From a virus (lineage: Duplodnaviria; Caudoviricetes): a stretch of 60,505 nt of DNA. This document shows positions 28,789 to 38,548 of the stretch, piece by piece. A program made the translations under genes and the position numbers. Every line of letters begins with the position of its first letter. Position 1 is the stretch's first letter. The notes under the pieces are model-generated. The model was not told the DNA's origin. It saw nothing but the letters and a program-made list of their open reading frames with translations, and did no database searches. Where the stretch lies: positions 1-60,505 of IMG/VR virus record IMGVR_UViG_3300032213_000971. The stretch is one strand, 5' to 3'.

Positions 28789-29400
28789 ATGAACACAACC
28801 CTAAACGCAGCCCTAGTAGCAGCCCTTGGTGAGCTTCGCAACATCGCGAAGGACAAGGTCAACCCACACTTCAAGTCGCGCTTCACAAGCCTTGACGCGA
28901 TACTCGACGCAACCCGGCCAATCCTTGCCAAGCATGGCCTAGCTCTCTCACAGGAGCCTGTATTTGAAGACGGCATGGCAGGAGTTGTCACCCGGATTAT
29001 CCACACCTCTGGTGACTCCCGGGAGAGCAAGCTGATCCTCCCGCTTCGCGATCAGTCGGCACAGGGAGTAGGTAGCGCAATCAGCTACGCTCGTCGTTAC
29101 TCTGCCGCAGCCGTCCTTGGCATCGCCTCTGATGAAGACGACGATGGGCAGCAGGCCAGCACTCCAAGCAAGGCTGTGATTGCCAAGCCTGTCATTGCCA
29201 AGCCATCTATCAAGAAGGCAGGCCCAACCCTGTCGGAGTTGATGGAAAGCAACAAGGTCACCGATGATGAGGTTATTGCATTCTGCAAGGCAAAGGGCAT
29301 GAAAGAGGTGCCTGAATACGTTGGCGATTTCTCGCCTGCGCTAACCAAAAGACTGGTCGAGATCTTTGACGAAGTTGTCACCTTCAGCCTTGCAAAATAA
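28789..29400 (+). CDS. erf: ERF family single-strand annealing protein
   Basis: KDKVNPHFKS.F.SLD.I and QGVGSAISYARRYS signature. Confidence 0.92.
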   Translation: MNTTLNAALVAALGELRNIAKDKVNPHFKSRFTSLDAILDATRPILAKHGLALSQEPVFEDGMAGVVTRIIHTSGDSRESKLILPLRDQSAQGVGSAISYARRYSAAAVLGIASDEDDDGQQASTPSKAVIAKPVIAKPSIKKAGPTLSELMESNKVTDDEVIAFCKAKGMKEVPEYVGDFSPALTKRLVEIFDEVVTFSLAK

Positions 29401-29609
29401 TGATCAATCGAAACCTACAGATTTTGGGAGATCTACTGGCATTTGAACTCCGTAACGCAGAGCGTCATGGATTGAGCGAAATCCGCATCACAGCGGCTCG
29501 CGCCAGAACAATCCTGTCCGATATCAGATCCATTACAGAAAAGGCTCCTGCGCCCAAAAACAGACGGGAGCCTGCTTACTTCAACCATCTCGACAAGCAA
29601 CTAGCCTAA
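29400..29609 (+). CDS. Hypothetical protein
   Basis: Stop/start coupled to erf. Confidence 0.6.
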   Translation: MINRNLQILGDLLAFELRNAERHGLSEIRITAARARTILSDIRSITEKAPAPKNRREPAYFNHLDKQLA

Positions 29610-29616
29610 TAAATAT

Positions 29617-30675
29617 ATGACCGACGAACGTAACAACAAGCCATCCGGGAGTGCAGCTTCAGCCTACGCAGCCTGCCCCGGGCGTTTCTACCTAGAGAAA
29701 CTCGTTCCAGAGCGTCCAACTAGCCCATACGCAGAGTCTGGTAGCCGCATCCACGCATACCTAGGTGGAGAGGCTGGGCCAGAAACTCTGACAGAGGAGG
29801 AACTGGCAACAGCCGAAAGGTGCCGGGCAGAGTATGAGGAGATCCGGGCTGCTCTGCCTGTTCAGGATTGCGAAGAAACCGTACTGGAGAACCGTTACTG
29901 GTACGACGACTTGTTCAGCGGCCAGATTGATCGCATTGATTTCTTCGATCATGGGGCTACAGCCCTAGTGGTTGACTGGAAGACAGGACGCACGGCACAG
30001 GCATCAGCTTCCGAGAACCTTCAGCTTCGTGCATACGGGGTGCTGGTTAAGAAGAACTACCCGGCGATCAAGCGCATGTTTGTGGCGATTGTGCAGCCAC
30101 TTGCAGCCCGGTTCACGATTGCCGAATATGATGAAGTAGACCTAGCGCACGCAGGGGCTGAAATCGTCGGCATCATGCATGCGGTAAACGAGCCTGATGC
30201 GCCTCGCAATCCATCCCCAGACGCATGCAAGTACTGCTCCGCAAAGGCTATCTGCCCAGAGGCTGGGAGTGTTGCCCGGGAAATCGTTGCAGCCCCAGTA
30301 GCAAGCGTTCCTGCACTCTCCAATAATGACCTGTCAGATTTCTTGGAGAAGGCACAGGTTGTGGAAGACTTCATCGAAGCGATTCGCGCCGAGGCCAAGG
30401 CAAGACTGAAATCAGGGCAGGAAGTTCCCGGGTATAAGCTGACAGCCGGGCGCACATCCCGTAGCGTTGAAAATTTAGACGAGGTTTATGAGAAATCTGG
30501 TCTTGAACCGTACACTTTCCTGCGTGCGTGCAAGCTGTCCTTGCCGTCACTCGAAAAGATCTTTGCCGAGGCCAAGGGGCTGAAGGCTAAAGAGGCAAAG
30601 GCCGAGTTGGAAACCCTACTCGCCGATGTCATCACAACAAAAACCAGCGACCAGATTCTGGCTCGCGCAAAATAA
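29617..30675 (+). CDS. DUF2800 / Cas4-like PD-(D/E)XK exonuclease
   Basis: CPG, G...H, GQID, VDWKTG, QLRAY and CKYC....C motifs; adjacent to ERF. Confidence 0.88.
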   Translation: MTDERNNKPSGSAASAYAACPGRFYLEKLVPERPTSPYAESGSRIHAYLGGEAGPETLTEEELATAERCRAEYEEIRAALPVQDCEETVLENRYWYDDLFSGQIDRIDFFDHGATALVVDWKTGRTAQASASENLQLRAYGVLVKKNYPAIKRMFVAIVQPLAARFTIAEYDEVDLAHAGAEIVGIMHAVNEPDAPRNPSPDACKYCSAKAICPEAGSVAREIVAAPVASVPALSNNDLSDFLEKAQVVEDFIEAIRAEAKARLKSGQEVPGYKLTAGRTSRSVENLDEVYEKSGLEPYTFLRACKLSLPSLEKIFAEAKGLKAKEAKAELETLLADVITTKTSDQILARAK

Positions 30676-30683
30676 GGAGAAGT

Positions 30684-30968
30684 ATGATTAGCGTTAAAAT
30701 CGACGTTACCAAAATCGATAAAGAAGCCTTGTACAAGGGAGCAAAGGGGACGTACCTGAACATCACTCTCATGGACAACCGGGAAGGGAAAGACCAGTAC
30801 GAGAATGACGGGTTCGTCGTTCAGGACATCGGTCGTGACCGCAGGCAGGCTGGTGAGAAGGGGCCAATTATTGGCAATTTCCGCCACATCGAAGTTGCCA
30901 GCACCCCGGCACCCAAACCAAAGCCTGCACCCGTGCAGGAGAGCATTGACGACGACATCCCATTTTAA
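30684..30968 (+). CDS. Putative single-stranded DNA-binding protein
   Basis: IDVTKIDK..GAKGTYL..PIIGN core and acidic DDDIPF tail. Confidence 0.75.
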   Translation: MISVKIDVTKIDKEALYKGAKGTYLNITLMDNREGKDQYENDGFVVQDIGRDRRQAGEKGPIIGNFRHIEVASTPAPKPKPAPVQESIDDDIPF

Positions 30969-30970
30969 AC

Positions 30971-31159
30971 ATGGAAAGCAAAAATCTCCTCACAAAGGAT
31001 CAGCTTGCAACTGTCCTGAATGTTTCGCTTTCCACGATTAATTCGTGGATGCGTAAGGGCATTCTTCCTTTCTACAAACTGTCGCCCCGGTGCATTCGGT
31101 TCGACATGGAAAAGGTGAATGCAGCCATTCAGACAATGGTTGAATCTCAAGCGAAGTAA
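30971..31159 (+). CDS. HTH_17 / excisionase-like DNA-binding protein
   Basis: LLTKDQLA..LNVS.STI..W...G.LP..K.....RF. Confidence 0.85.
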   Translation: MESKNLLTKDQLATVLNVSLSTINSWMRKGILPFYKLSPRCIRFDMEKVNAAIQTMVESQAK

Positions 31160-31162
31160 ACC

Positions 31163-31360
31163 GTGAGTGCTATTGTTTCAAAAAAGGGAGTACATCCCGG
31201 AGATCAGTTTCCCTGTGAAGACTGCGGAGACATTATTTCTGGGGTAAGAGTTCTGGATGGCGAACACGTTTATTACGTCATTCACGACAGAAGCAATCCC
31301 AACAAAAGCACCTATCGATGTGCCGACTGTCAGGATGACCGTTGGAACCAACTCGACTGA
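31163..31360 (+). CDS. Small Zn-finger protein
   Basis: CEDC...CADC. Confidence 0.6.
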   Translation: MSAIVSKKGVHPGDQFPCEDCGDIISGVRVLDGEHVYYVIHDRSNPNKSTYRCADCQDDRWNQLD

Positions 31361-31791
31361 TGAACATCATTTCTTTCACCATCCCTGTCTGCCCGGCGAG
31401 CCTTCAGTTCTCTGGCAGGCGGGTGATGGTAAAGAACGGTCGCCCGGTATTCTTCAAGCAAAAGAAAGCTAGTGACTGGGAAAAGATCGTCGGGTGGTAC
31501 GCAAATCCGCATCGCCCGGCGGCACCATTTACGGGGCCGCTGCGTATGTCTGTCACGTTTGTACTGAAGCGTCCGATTTCTTTGAACGCTAAAAAATATA
31601 CTCGCGACCGCATACCATGCCCGAAGCGTCCAGACCTAGACAACTTACAGAAAAACCTACAGGATAGTGTGAAAGGTTTTTGGGAAGACGACTCGCAGAT
31701 TGTTAGTCTATTCCTGAAGAAGTTTTACGCATCAATAGACGAAACACCAAAAATAGAAATATCAATAGCGCAGTATGAAGACGAACATTAA
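31360..31791 (+). CDS. rusA: RusA family Holliday junction resolvase
   Basis: KRPDLDNL.K...D......EDDSQIV signature. Confidence 0.92.
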   Translation: MNIISFTIPVCPASLQFSGRRVMVKNGRPVFFKQKKASDWEKIVGWYANPHRPAAPFTGPLRMSVTFVLKRPISLNAKKYTRDRIPCPKRPDLDNLQKNLQDSVKGFWEDDSQIVSLFLKKFYASIDETPKIEISIAQYEDEH

Positions 31792-31942
31792 GAAGAAATG
31801 CACCGTCAAACTGAAAGACGGTCGTGTATTCAAAGCCAACATCGTTGGCAGGGCAGGCAACCATAAACTAATTGTAGACTCAAAGGAATGGGGTCAAATG
31901 GAAGTAGACTCCCGGGCAGTAAAAAATTAACCACACACAACA

Positions 31943-32203
31943 ATGGATAACATCACATACAAATCACAGAATCTTGGATCTGATCCAATTGCAATCAACA
32001 AGTCATTTTACATGGTTTTCAAACTGACAAGTGGATTGCATCAAAGAGATTGCACTCCAACTGTCAGGCATGAAACTCTGGAAGAAGCATGCATCGAAGC
32101 AGAGAGGTTGGCAGCAAAGCACCCTGCTAATAAATTTGTGGTTCTGAAAGCAATTGGAATCATGCACGCAGAAGTCACCGTGAAGGAACAACCGCTAAAC
32201 TAA
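31943..32203 (+). CDS. Conserved small phage protein
   Basis: PTVRH...EEA..EAERLA..HP...FVVL. Confidence 0.75.
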   Translation: MDNITYKSQNLGSDPIAINKSFYMVFKLTSGLHQRDCTPTVRHETLEEACIEAERLAAKHPANKFVVLKAIGIMHAEVTVKEQPLN

Positions 32204-32400
32204 TGGACAAACAACAAGCATTTAAAAATTGGTACGCCACCGAGGGAGTCAGGACACCCGTTCCGGGAGGTGAAGGATACAGCCAACACGAAGAGTATCA
32301 GAGAGTCGCATTCCTTGCCGGGATGGAAGCAATGAACGAATTCGTGTGCGAAACAATCGACCGCATTCATCGTGAAATAAGCAAAACCAACAACAATTGA
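32203..32400 (+). CDS. Hypothetical protein
   Basis: Coupled ORF. Confidence 0.6.
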   Translation: MDKQQAFKNWYATEGVRTPVPGGEGYSQHEEYQRVAFLAGMEAMNEFVCETIDRIHREISKTNNN

Positions 32401-32405
32401 TCCAC

Positions 32406-32765
32406 ATGAATACATTAATAGATTCAATAAATGACTTGTTCTCATGGGCAAGAAACAACGACCCAGAGACATCCAAGATGGTTGGCAAAGACAAAAAGGT
32501 ACAACTGCGCTGGGGGTCGCAACGTGCATCGTTGCTCATCCAGTACATCGATAACGATCTTTCTGATGAGGAGGCTGGGGACGCATCAGGACTGCGTAGC
32601 AATCGTTCATGCTGCTACTGGAAGCGATGCAGCGAACTGCGTCAAATGGGCCTAATAGAGGATACTGGAGAGGTGAAGGTATCGGAGGCCGGGCAAAAGG
32701 TACAGGTGTGCAGGATCACCGAACTTGGAAAGCAGAAGATAAACGAAATAAATCCAAACAAATGA
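32406..32765 (+). CDS. Winged-HTH protein
   Basis: LSDEEA..WKRCSELR..GLIEDTG..ITELG. Confidence 0.75.
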   Translation: MNTLIDSINDLFSWARNNDPETSKMVGKDKKVQLRWGSQRASLLIQYIDNDLSDEEAGDASGLRSNRSCCYWKRCSELRQMGLIEDTGEVKVSEAGQKVQVCRITELGKQKINEINPNK

Positions 32766-33460
32766 ACTACTATCAATTCCACATTGGTGACTACCAATCC
32801 CACACCTCTCACCTCACCCCGATGGAAGACTTGTGCTACCGTAGGCTAATTGACAGGTACTACCTATCCGAAGCGCACCTACCTTTGGATGTGACCGCAG
32901 TTGCCCGGCTTATCGGCTTCCGAGATCAGGAGCAGATCGTATCTGATATCTTGTCTGAATTCTTTGTGAAATCAGAAGAAGGATGGAGGTCATCCCGGTG
33001 CGACGACGAGATCGAAAAGTACCGGGAAAAAGCCAACCGAGCGAGAAAGGCAAACGATAGCCGTTGGCACAAGAAAGGAGAAAACAGGTCATCTGATTCT
33101 GATGCGGATCTGATTTCAGAAACCTTTCAGATCCCAACCAATAACCAAGAACCAATAGTAAGTAGTACTAAAAAGAAAAAGGTCGCTGACGCTCCCGTTG
33201 TGATGCCAGAGGTCTTGGACAATCTGGAGTTTGCCACAGCATGGCAGGAGTACATTTCCTATCGCTCGACCGCAGGCTTCAAGACCCTGAAGCGTCCAAG
33301 CATCCAGCGAACCTTTGACGAGATGGCTACATGGGGATGCGATGCAGCAATCCAATCCCTGCACAACTCAATCCGCAACGGGTGGCAAGGTGTCTTCGCA
33401 CCCCGGACACAAGCAAACGCCATCCCAGAAAAGAACAATGAATTCACAACTGCATTCTAA
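32762..33460 (+). CDS. YdaU/DUF1376 family replication initiator
   Basis: MNYYQFHIGDY...T.HL....Y.RL.D.YY at the N-terminus; C-terminal SIRNGWQGVF. Confidence 0.9.
   Translation: MNYYQFHIGDYQSHTSHLTPMEDLCYRRLIDRYYLSEAHLPLDVTAVARLIGFRDQEQIVSDILSEFFVKSEEGWRSSRCDDEIEKYREKANRARKANDSRWHKKGENRSSDSDADLISETFQIPTNNQEPIVSSTKKKKVADAPVVMPEVLDNLEFATAWQEYISYRSTAGFKTLKRPSIQRTFDEMATWGCDAAIQSLHNSIRNGWQGVFAPRTQANAIPEKNNEFTTAF
33091..33180. other. Candidate replication origin (iteron-like repeats in initiator linker)
   Basis: TCTGA x3 and inverted TCAGA x2 within 45 bp, followed by an A-rich tract; lambdoid origins lie inside the initiator gene. Confidence 0.5.
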
Positions 33461-33461
33461 A

Positions 33462-34151
33462 ATGAACATCATCAAACCATGCACACGCTGCGAAACAGAG
33501 TTCTCGTCCGAGGTTCTGGAGTACAACGGTAGGCAGATCTTCGCGCAGGACATGTGCGACACCTGTTTGGAGAAAGCCATCCAGTCAGAGGAGGAAAAGT
33601 GGGAGGAAACAGTAAAGGCTAACCGGGAAAAACTATTCTGGGAGGAGATTCCTCCCTTGTACCAAGGCACAGACCCATCCAGACTCCGGGAGGATGTCCT
33701 GCACGCCATCAACACCTACACATACAACCCCACGGGGCTGGGTATCATCGGGGTGTCAGGGGCAGGCAAAACACGGGCCGCTGTCATGTTGCTGCACAGA
33801 CTGCACACCCAGAATAGGTCTGTATGCTTCATAAAGGCCACAGAAATCACTTTGGTGGCCCGGGATAGGTATTCGGACGAGCCGACCATTAAAAACCTCG
33901 CCACGGGGCGTATAGCGCGATTCTACAAATCCGATGTGATCCTGATCGACGACATCGGGAAAGGTCGCCTCACCCCCACCGCTGAAGAACTCCTGTTCGA
34001 TGTCATTGACCGCAGGAACGAAAACATGCTGCCAACACTTTGGACTTCCAATATGAATGCAAAGGGTCTACAACAGGCATTCTCTGAAGACCGGGGAGAT
34101 GCACTAATCCGCCGACTCCGGGAATTCACAAAAGTAATCACAACCAAATAA
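33462..34151 (+). CDS. DnaC/IstB-like AAA+ helicase loader
   Basis: Two CxxC motifs, Walker A GVSGAGKT, Walker B ILIDDIG, TSN, and RRLRE. Confidence 0.9.
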   Translation: MNIIKPCTRCETEFSSEVLEYNGRQIFAQDMCDTCLEKAIQSEEEKWEETVKANREKLFWEEIPPLYQGTDPSRLREDVLHAINTYTYNPTGLGIIGVSGAGKTRAAVMLLHRLHTQNRSVCFIKATEITLVARDRYSDEPTIKNLATGRIARFYKSDVILIDDIGKGRLTPTAEELLFDVIDRRNENMLPTLWTSNMNAKGLQQAFSEDRGDALIRRLREFTKVITTK

Positions 34152-34322
34152 ATGAACTACTATAAAGACCACAACGATATCTTGCTGATCGTAATCGTAA
34201 TTCTTTCAATCTTGATTATGCTTCGCGCAATCTAAAATTATCCCCACTTGCATGGGTTAAACAATACAACCCAAAACTGTCTTGTGGAACGAGTGACCAT
34301 GCAAGTGGGAACCTTTTATAAA

Positions 34323-34682
34323 ATGAATAACCAACATACCGACGAACAAGTTGCTCAAGAGGTTGAAACTCCACGATGCGAGGCGGAACGCTTTGAAGCT
34401 CTTGAAGGCTCTGCCATCCGTAGGGATTGCGTTAAATTAAATTTCGCCCGACAGCTTGAGCGTGAACTTGTCGCAGCAGAGTCCGAACTACTCCAATCAC
34501 AGGATATCAATTCGTTTCTAGACACCGAGTTCCGTATTGCTACCAAGCGTGCAGAGAAAGCAGAGGCAGAAAACCAGAAGCTCCGCGAGATCGTGGAAAG
34601 ATACCGAGTTTGGGCAACCAGCGAGAACCCAACCCAAATTGAACTAGATAACCTAAAACAAAAATATGATGAACTCAACTAA
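34323..34682 (+). CDS. Coiled-coil phage protein
   Basis: TPR.....FARQLEREL motif. Confidence 0.7.
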   Translation: MNNQHTDEQVAQEVETPRCEAERFEALEGSAIRRDCVKLNFARQLERELVAAESELLQSQDINSFLDTEFRIATKRAEKAEAENQKLREIVERYRVWATSENPTQIELDNLKQKYDELN

Positions 34683-34790
34683 ACAGCACATTGATAAATT
34701 CACTAAAGACTCACTACTCTGGAACGCTATTTCTTGGGCAGGAGTATTCATCTGTGGAAGCATCATGGCAATTTATTACTTCTTGCTAAA

Positions 34791-35009
34791 ATGAAACCCG
34801 ACATACAGCACATATTACCATTAAGCATCAACCACCTAAAACTTACAGAAAAGGAAGCATCAGCATTGAAGATGCTTAATGTTTGTACGTTTTCAGACAT
34901 ATTTAAAATTAAAAAATACGACTTTATAAAAATTAAAGGGTTCGGAAGAACATCTTTAAATAAATTGGTAGATAAATTTGCTGAATACGCAATTGTTATA
35001 CCAAATTAA
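34791..35009 (+). CDS. RNA polymerase alpha-subunit C-terminal-domain-like protein
   Basis: I..L.LT...A..LK...V.T..DI......F.KI.GFG..SL aligns by eye with the alpha-CTD HhH pattern. Confidence 0.75.
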   Translation: MKPDIQHILPLSINHLKLTEKEASALKMLNVCTFSDIFKIKKYDFIKIKGFGRTSLNKLVDKFAEYAIVIPN

Positions 35010-35053
35010 AAAATGAAACCATTCATCGAACCAGACCCAGACGAAGACCAACT

Positions 35054-35296
35054 ATGAGCCTAATACAAAAAGCCAAAAACCTAGCAGAGACTGCTATGGT
35101 GTGGGTAGACGCAGGAATGCCAATCGTAGATAAAAAGACCTACGACCATCGGATTTCCATCTGCAACAAATGCCCGGATCTAATCAACAACCATTGCATT
35201 CATTGCGGGTGCTTCATGCCAGCAAAATCATGGCTCGCGACCGAAGGATGCGCTCACCCACGCGACCAAAAATATTACCCAGAGATCAATCAATAG
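35054..35296 (+). CDS. Cys-rich protein (DUF6171-like)
   Basis: R..ICNKC....CIHCGCF...K......C. Confidence 0.7.
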   Translation: MSLIQKAKNLAETAMVWVDAGMPIVDKKTYDHRISICNKCPDLINNHCIHCGCFMPAKSWLATEGCAHPRDQKYYPEINQ

Positions 35297-35418
35297 GGGA
35301 TATTTAAGGGGCTTTTATAATTAATATGTCAAGACATTTCAATCGCATACCTTAAACCGGGACATCTTTTGCTTGTTAAAATACAAAAATTCTATAAGAG
35401 GGGGTTTGCCTAACGCTT

Positions 35419-36045
35419 ATGCCAGCACTATCTAACGCCAAACACGAACGCTTCGCACGACTACTTGTTCAGGGGGTGACGGCTACTGAAGCCGTTAGGA
35501 AAGTATACCCGGAGGCATCGTCTAAATCGTCTATCGTCATGGGCAGTCGCCTCAAGCATTCGCTAGAGATAGCGTCCCGGATAGCAGAGATGAAGGAGAT
35601 CATCGACAACCAGTTTGCAATGACAACCGGGGAGCGCAGGGATGCTCTTCGTCGCATGGGTGCTGGGGAGATCCCAACGAAGGTGACCCGCAGGGCAAAC
35701 GGAAAGATCGAAGCAACATACGACAGGCTGGCTGCACTTCAGTTGGACGCACGACTGGCAGGGGAACTAGGTGGCGATACGACTATCAATATGCACGCTG
35801 GGCCTACCCTGAAGCTGGATTTCCATGTGCTAGGCAGGAACACCAGCATGACCCCGGAGCTAGAGGCAGAGTGGCAGGAACTGAACAAGCCCCAGACCCG
35901 GGAGCTTCCAGAGCCACCACCAGAGCAGGAGGAAGATTTCAGCCTGTACGAGCAGGCAGAGATCAACCCAAAGAAAACCATGACATTAGATCAAGCGGCA
36001 CAAATCATCGATATTAGTACCGATAAACAGGATTCTACAGAGTAA
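35419..36045 (+). CDS. terS: Terminase small subunit
   Basis: MPALSNAKHERFA N-terminal HTH; upstream of TerL. Confidence 0.8.
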   Translation: MPALSNAKHERFARLLVQGVTATEAVRKVYPEASSKSSIVMGSRLKHSLEIASRIAEMKEIIDNQFAMTTGERRDALRRMGAGEIPTKVTRRANGKIEATYDRLAALQLDARLAGELGGDTTINMHAGPTLKLDFHVLGRNTSMTPELEAEWQELNKPQTRELPEPPPEQEEDFSLYEQAEINPKKTMTLDQAAQIIDISTDKQDSTE

Positions 36046-36100
36046 TCCAATTATCTATGACTATGTTTATCTGATGTTACAGAAGTTAAGTAAACCAAAT

Positions 36101-36298
36101 ATGAAAGCAATACTTGAATTCAACCTACCAGAAGAAGAAGACGAGCATGATACTGCCATGAAGGGGTTGCGTTATCGTTCAGTCATAGATCATACGATGG
36201 AGCTAATCCGCAACAAGCTGAAGCACGGTCACACCTACAAAACCCCGGAGGATGCCCTAGAAGACATCAGGCGGGAGATCCTTGTCTGGTTGCCCTAA
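36101..36298 (+). CDS. Conserved small phage protein
   Basis: MKAILEFNLPEE...R..LKHG. Confidence 0.75.
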   Translation: MKAILEFNLPEEEDEHDTAMKGLRYRSVIDHTMELIRNKLKHGHTYKTPEDALEDIRREILVWLP

Positions 36299-36303
36299 TC
36301 TTC

Positions 36304-36375
36304 GCCTCGCTAGTATAATGGCTATTGCGCCCGATTTGTAATCGGGTAATCCCGGTTCAACTCCGGGGCGAGGCT
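36304..36375 (+). tRNA. tRNA-Thr(UGU)
   Basis: Acceptor GCCTCGC/GCGAGGC, anticodon arm CCCGA-TTTGTAA-TCGGG, T arm CCCGG-TTCAACT-CCGGG; CCA not encoded. Confidence 0.92.
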
Positions 36376-36587
36376 CTCTTCTTCCCGGTGTAACCCGGGC
36401 CGACTGCGGCACCATAGATCGTCTTCACCCGGACGGCATCAGGCAACTGCTGGACAGCAACACGCAACCGGGCGGCATAGTCTGGCCCCATGAGGCGGAT
36501 CAGGTGCGCGAACTCTGCCCCGGCTGCGGCCAGCTTCAATGCCTCTGTGAAGGCGAACATTTCCTGTTCTTGGTATTGGTGCATCAT
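36357..36587 (-). CDS. Hypothetical protein, only credible minus-strand gene
   Basis: Fills the gap between tRNA-Thr and terL; helical sequence MMHQYQEQEMFAFTEALKLAAAG. Confidence 0.55.
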   Translation of the reverse strand: MMHQYQEQEMFAFTEALKLAAAGAEFAHLIRLMGPDYAARLRVAVQQLPDAVRVKTIYGAAVGPGYTGKKRASPRS

Positions 36588-36626
36588 TTGGTTGCCTCTA
36601 CTTATCATTGTTGCTAAATAACGCAA

Positions 36627-38519
36627 ATGAATATCGATACAGGCTATAGAATAACACCACCAGACTGCATTAAGGTTTACCATAAGCACGCATTAAACAT
36701 CCGGGCAGAGGCAGACCGGGATGAAGAGTTAGGTATCCTTTATGCAGCCAAATACATAGCCGAGCGAGTTGTTCGCACCCCGCCGAACATCACCGAGATC
36801 TCCATTCCGATAGCACAGGACATCATCAGGAAGTACGTCATGCACCTACTGAACAAGGATCAGTTTGAGGCAGCGGCTACTATCCTGTGGGGGCCGACCG
36901 TCTACGATTGGAGGCCGTTGTCTTCCCGGGATACATGGCGTTGCCTGTTCAAGCACGATCAAGTGCTGGTGCAAGGGGCTGGTGCTATGGGCAAATCATT
37001 CGGGGCTGCGGCATGGTTCTACCTAGATTGGTTCCGAGACCCGGAGTACACCTGTATCAAGGTCATCTCTCTCACGAAGGAGCATGCCGAGCGCAACATA
37101 TTCGCCAACATCAAGACGTTTCACAGGACGGCACTTGTGCAGCCGTTGACCGATCAAGAGGAACGAGCCACCAGCATTCAGGTGACCAGCGATTCCAAGC
37201 AGGGCATTCACCTAGTAGCGATCCCACGGGGAGAGTCAGGGCATGGTACGTTGCGTGGGTTCCACCCGATACCTAGGCCCGGGCAGGAGCATCAGAAGTG
37301 GGGCAGACTATCCCGGACGCATGTCGTGTTGGACGAGGCGGAGGAGATCCCGGTTGGAGTCTGGGAGGGCATCAACAACATCCTATCGACTGCCGACATG
37401 GATCACTACCGTGGACACATCAAGGTCTTTGGAGCCAGCAACCCTAGGGACAGGACTAGTGACTTCGCCCAGAGGTGCGAGCCGCAGGAAGGATGGGGCA
37501 GCGTGGACTGCGAGGAGGATTTCGAGTGGGACAGCAAGGAGGGATACCATGTGCTTCGACTGGACGCAGCCCGGTGTGAGAATGTCGTGGAGCGTAGGAT
37601 TGTTTACCCGGGCCTGCAAACCTATCAGGGGTTCATGAGCTACATTTCCCGGGGGCGCACAGCAGAGGCCATGACGATGGCAAGAGGCTGGTTCCCGGAG
37701 GAAGGAATCAGCATGGGCATAATCACCCCGGCCATGATGGACAACAGCATTGGTATCGTCCGCTTTATCGGCCCTGTCGTGCCTCTGGCAGCGTTTGACT
37801 TGGCATTGGAGGGGGTTGATCAGGTGCTATGCTCTTACGGCAGATTTGGGCTTTCTGACGGGTGGACACCGCAGAGCGGTCAGTTCATATCGTTCAAGCA
37901 GCCCAAGGTGGTACTTCAGCTTGACTCACAGATCCCATTCCCCAAGAAGCCGACACTTGAGCAGGCGGAAGCCATCATAAAGTTCTGCAAGCAGATGAGG
38001 ATTTCGCCTAGCTGGCTTGCTGTGGACAGGACAGGAAACGGTGCCGGGATTCACGACTCGTTGTGCAGCCTGTTTGGGAAAGATGTGCTTGGTGTCAACT
38101 ACTCATGGGCGGCGACTGACACGCACATTCTGGGAGACGACTCGCAGAAGGCATCGGAGTTGTACAATGGAGTTGTGACAGAGTTGATCTTTGGGCTGGC
38201 GAAGTATCTGGAGTTTGAGTTCTTGAAGATATCCCCCGGGTTCCGCAACGAGGATTTGATCAAACAGGCAACGGCCCGGAGGTACAAGCAGAAGGGCAAG
38301 GGAATGGTCAGGGTCGAGAGCAAGGGAGAGTATTGCAAGCGCACCCGGCAATCTAGCCCGGACGCATTGGATTCGTTGAGCATGATGGTTTTCCTGATGA
38401 GGCAGCGGAGTGGAGAGACTGCCCGGATGACCGACGAAAAGAAGGAAGCATTTGATCCCCGGAAGCGCATGGACAGGAGCATTGTTGACAACATGGAGTT
38501 TGTTGATATGTCTGACTAA
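36627..38519 (+). CDS. terL: Terminase large subunit
   Basis: Walker A GAGAMGKS, Walker B VVLDEAEE, ASNP coupling motif, nuclease motifs AFDLA, VDRTGNG and SPDALD. Confidence 0.93.
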   Translation: MNIDTGYRITPPDCIKVYHKHALNIRAEADRDEELGILYAAKYIAERVVRTPPNITEISIPIAQDIIRKYVMHLLNKDQFEAAATILWGPTVYDWRPLSSRDTWRCLFKHDQVLVQGAGAMGKSFGAAAWFYLDWFRDPEYTCIKVISLTKEHAERNIFANIKTFHRTALVQPLTDQEERATSIQVTSDSKQGIHLVAIPRGESGHGTLRGFHPIPRPGQEHQKWGRLSRTHVVLDEAEEIPVGVWEGINNILSTADMDHYRGHIKVFGASNPRDRTSDFAQRCEPQEGWGSVDCEEDFEWDSKEGYHVLRLDAARCENVVERRIVYPGLQTYQGFMSYISRGRTAEAMTMARGWFPEEGISMGIITPAMMDNSIGIVRFIGPVVPLAAFDLALEGVDQVLCSYGRFGLSDGWTPQSGQFISFKQPKVVLQLDSQIPFPKKPTLEQAEAIIKFCKQMRISPSWLAVDRTGNGAGIHDSLCSLFGKDVLGVNYSWAATDTHILGDDSQKASELYNGVVTELIFGLAKYLEFEFLKISPGFRNEDLIKQATARRYKQKGKGMVRVESKGEYCKRTRQSSPDALDSLSMMVFLMRQRSGETARMTDEKKEAFDPRKRMDRSIVDNMEFVDMSD

Positions 38520-38548
38520 ACAGATCCACAAGTGTGGAACCCTGTTAC

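Noticed and set aside
29617-30675. Cas4-like nuclease as part of a CRISPR system
   Set aside because: No cas1/cas2 or repeat-spacer array; the ERF/SSB context indicates recombination.
30971-31159. Excisionase implying an integration module
   Set aside because: No integrase or att duplication recognised; HTH_17 proteins are common without one.
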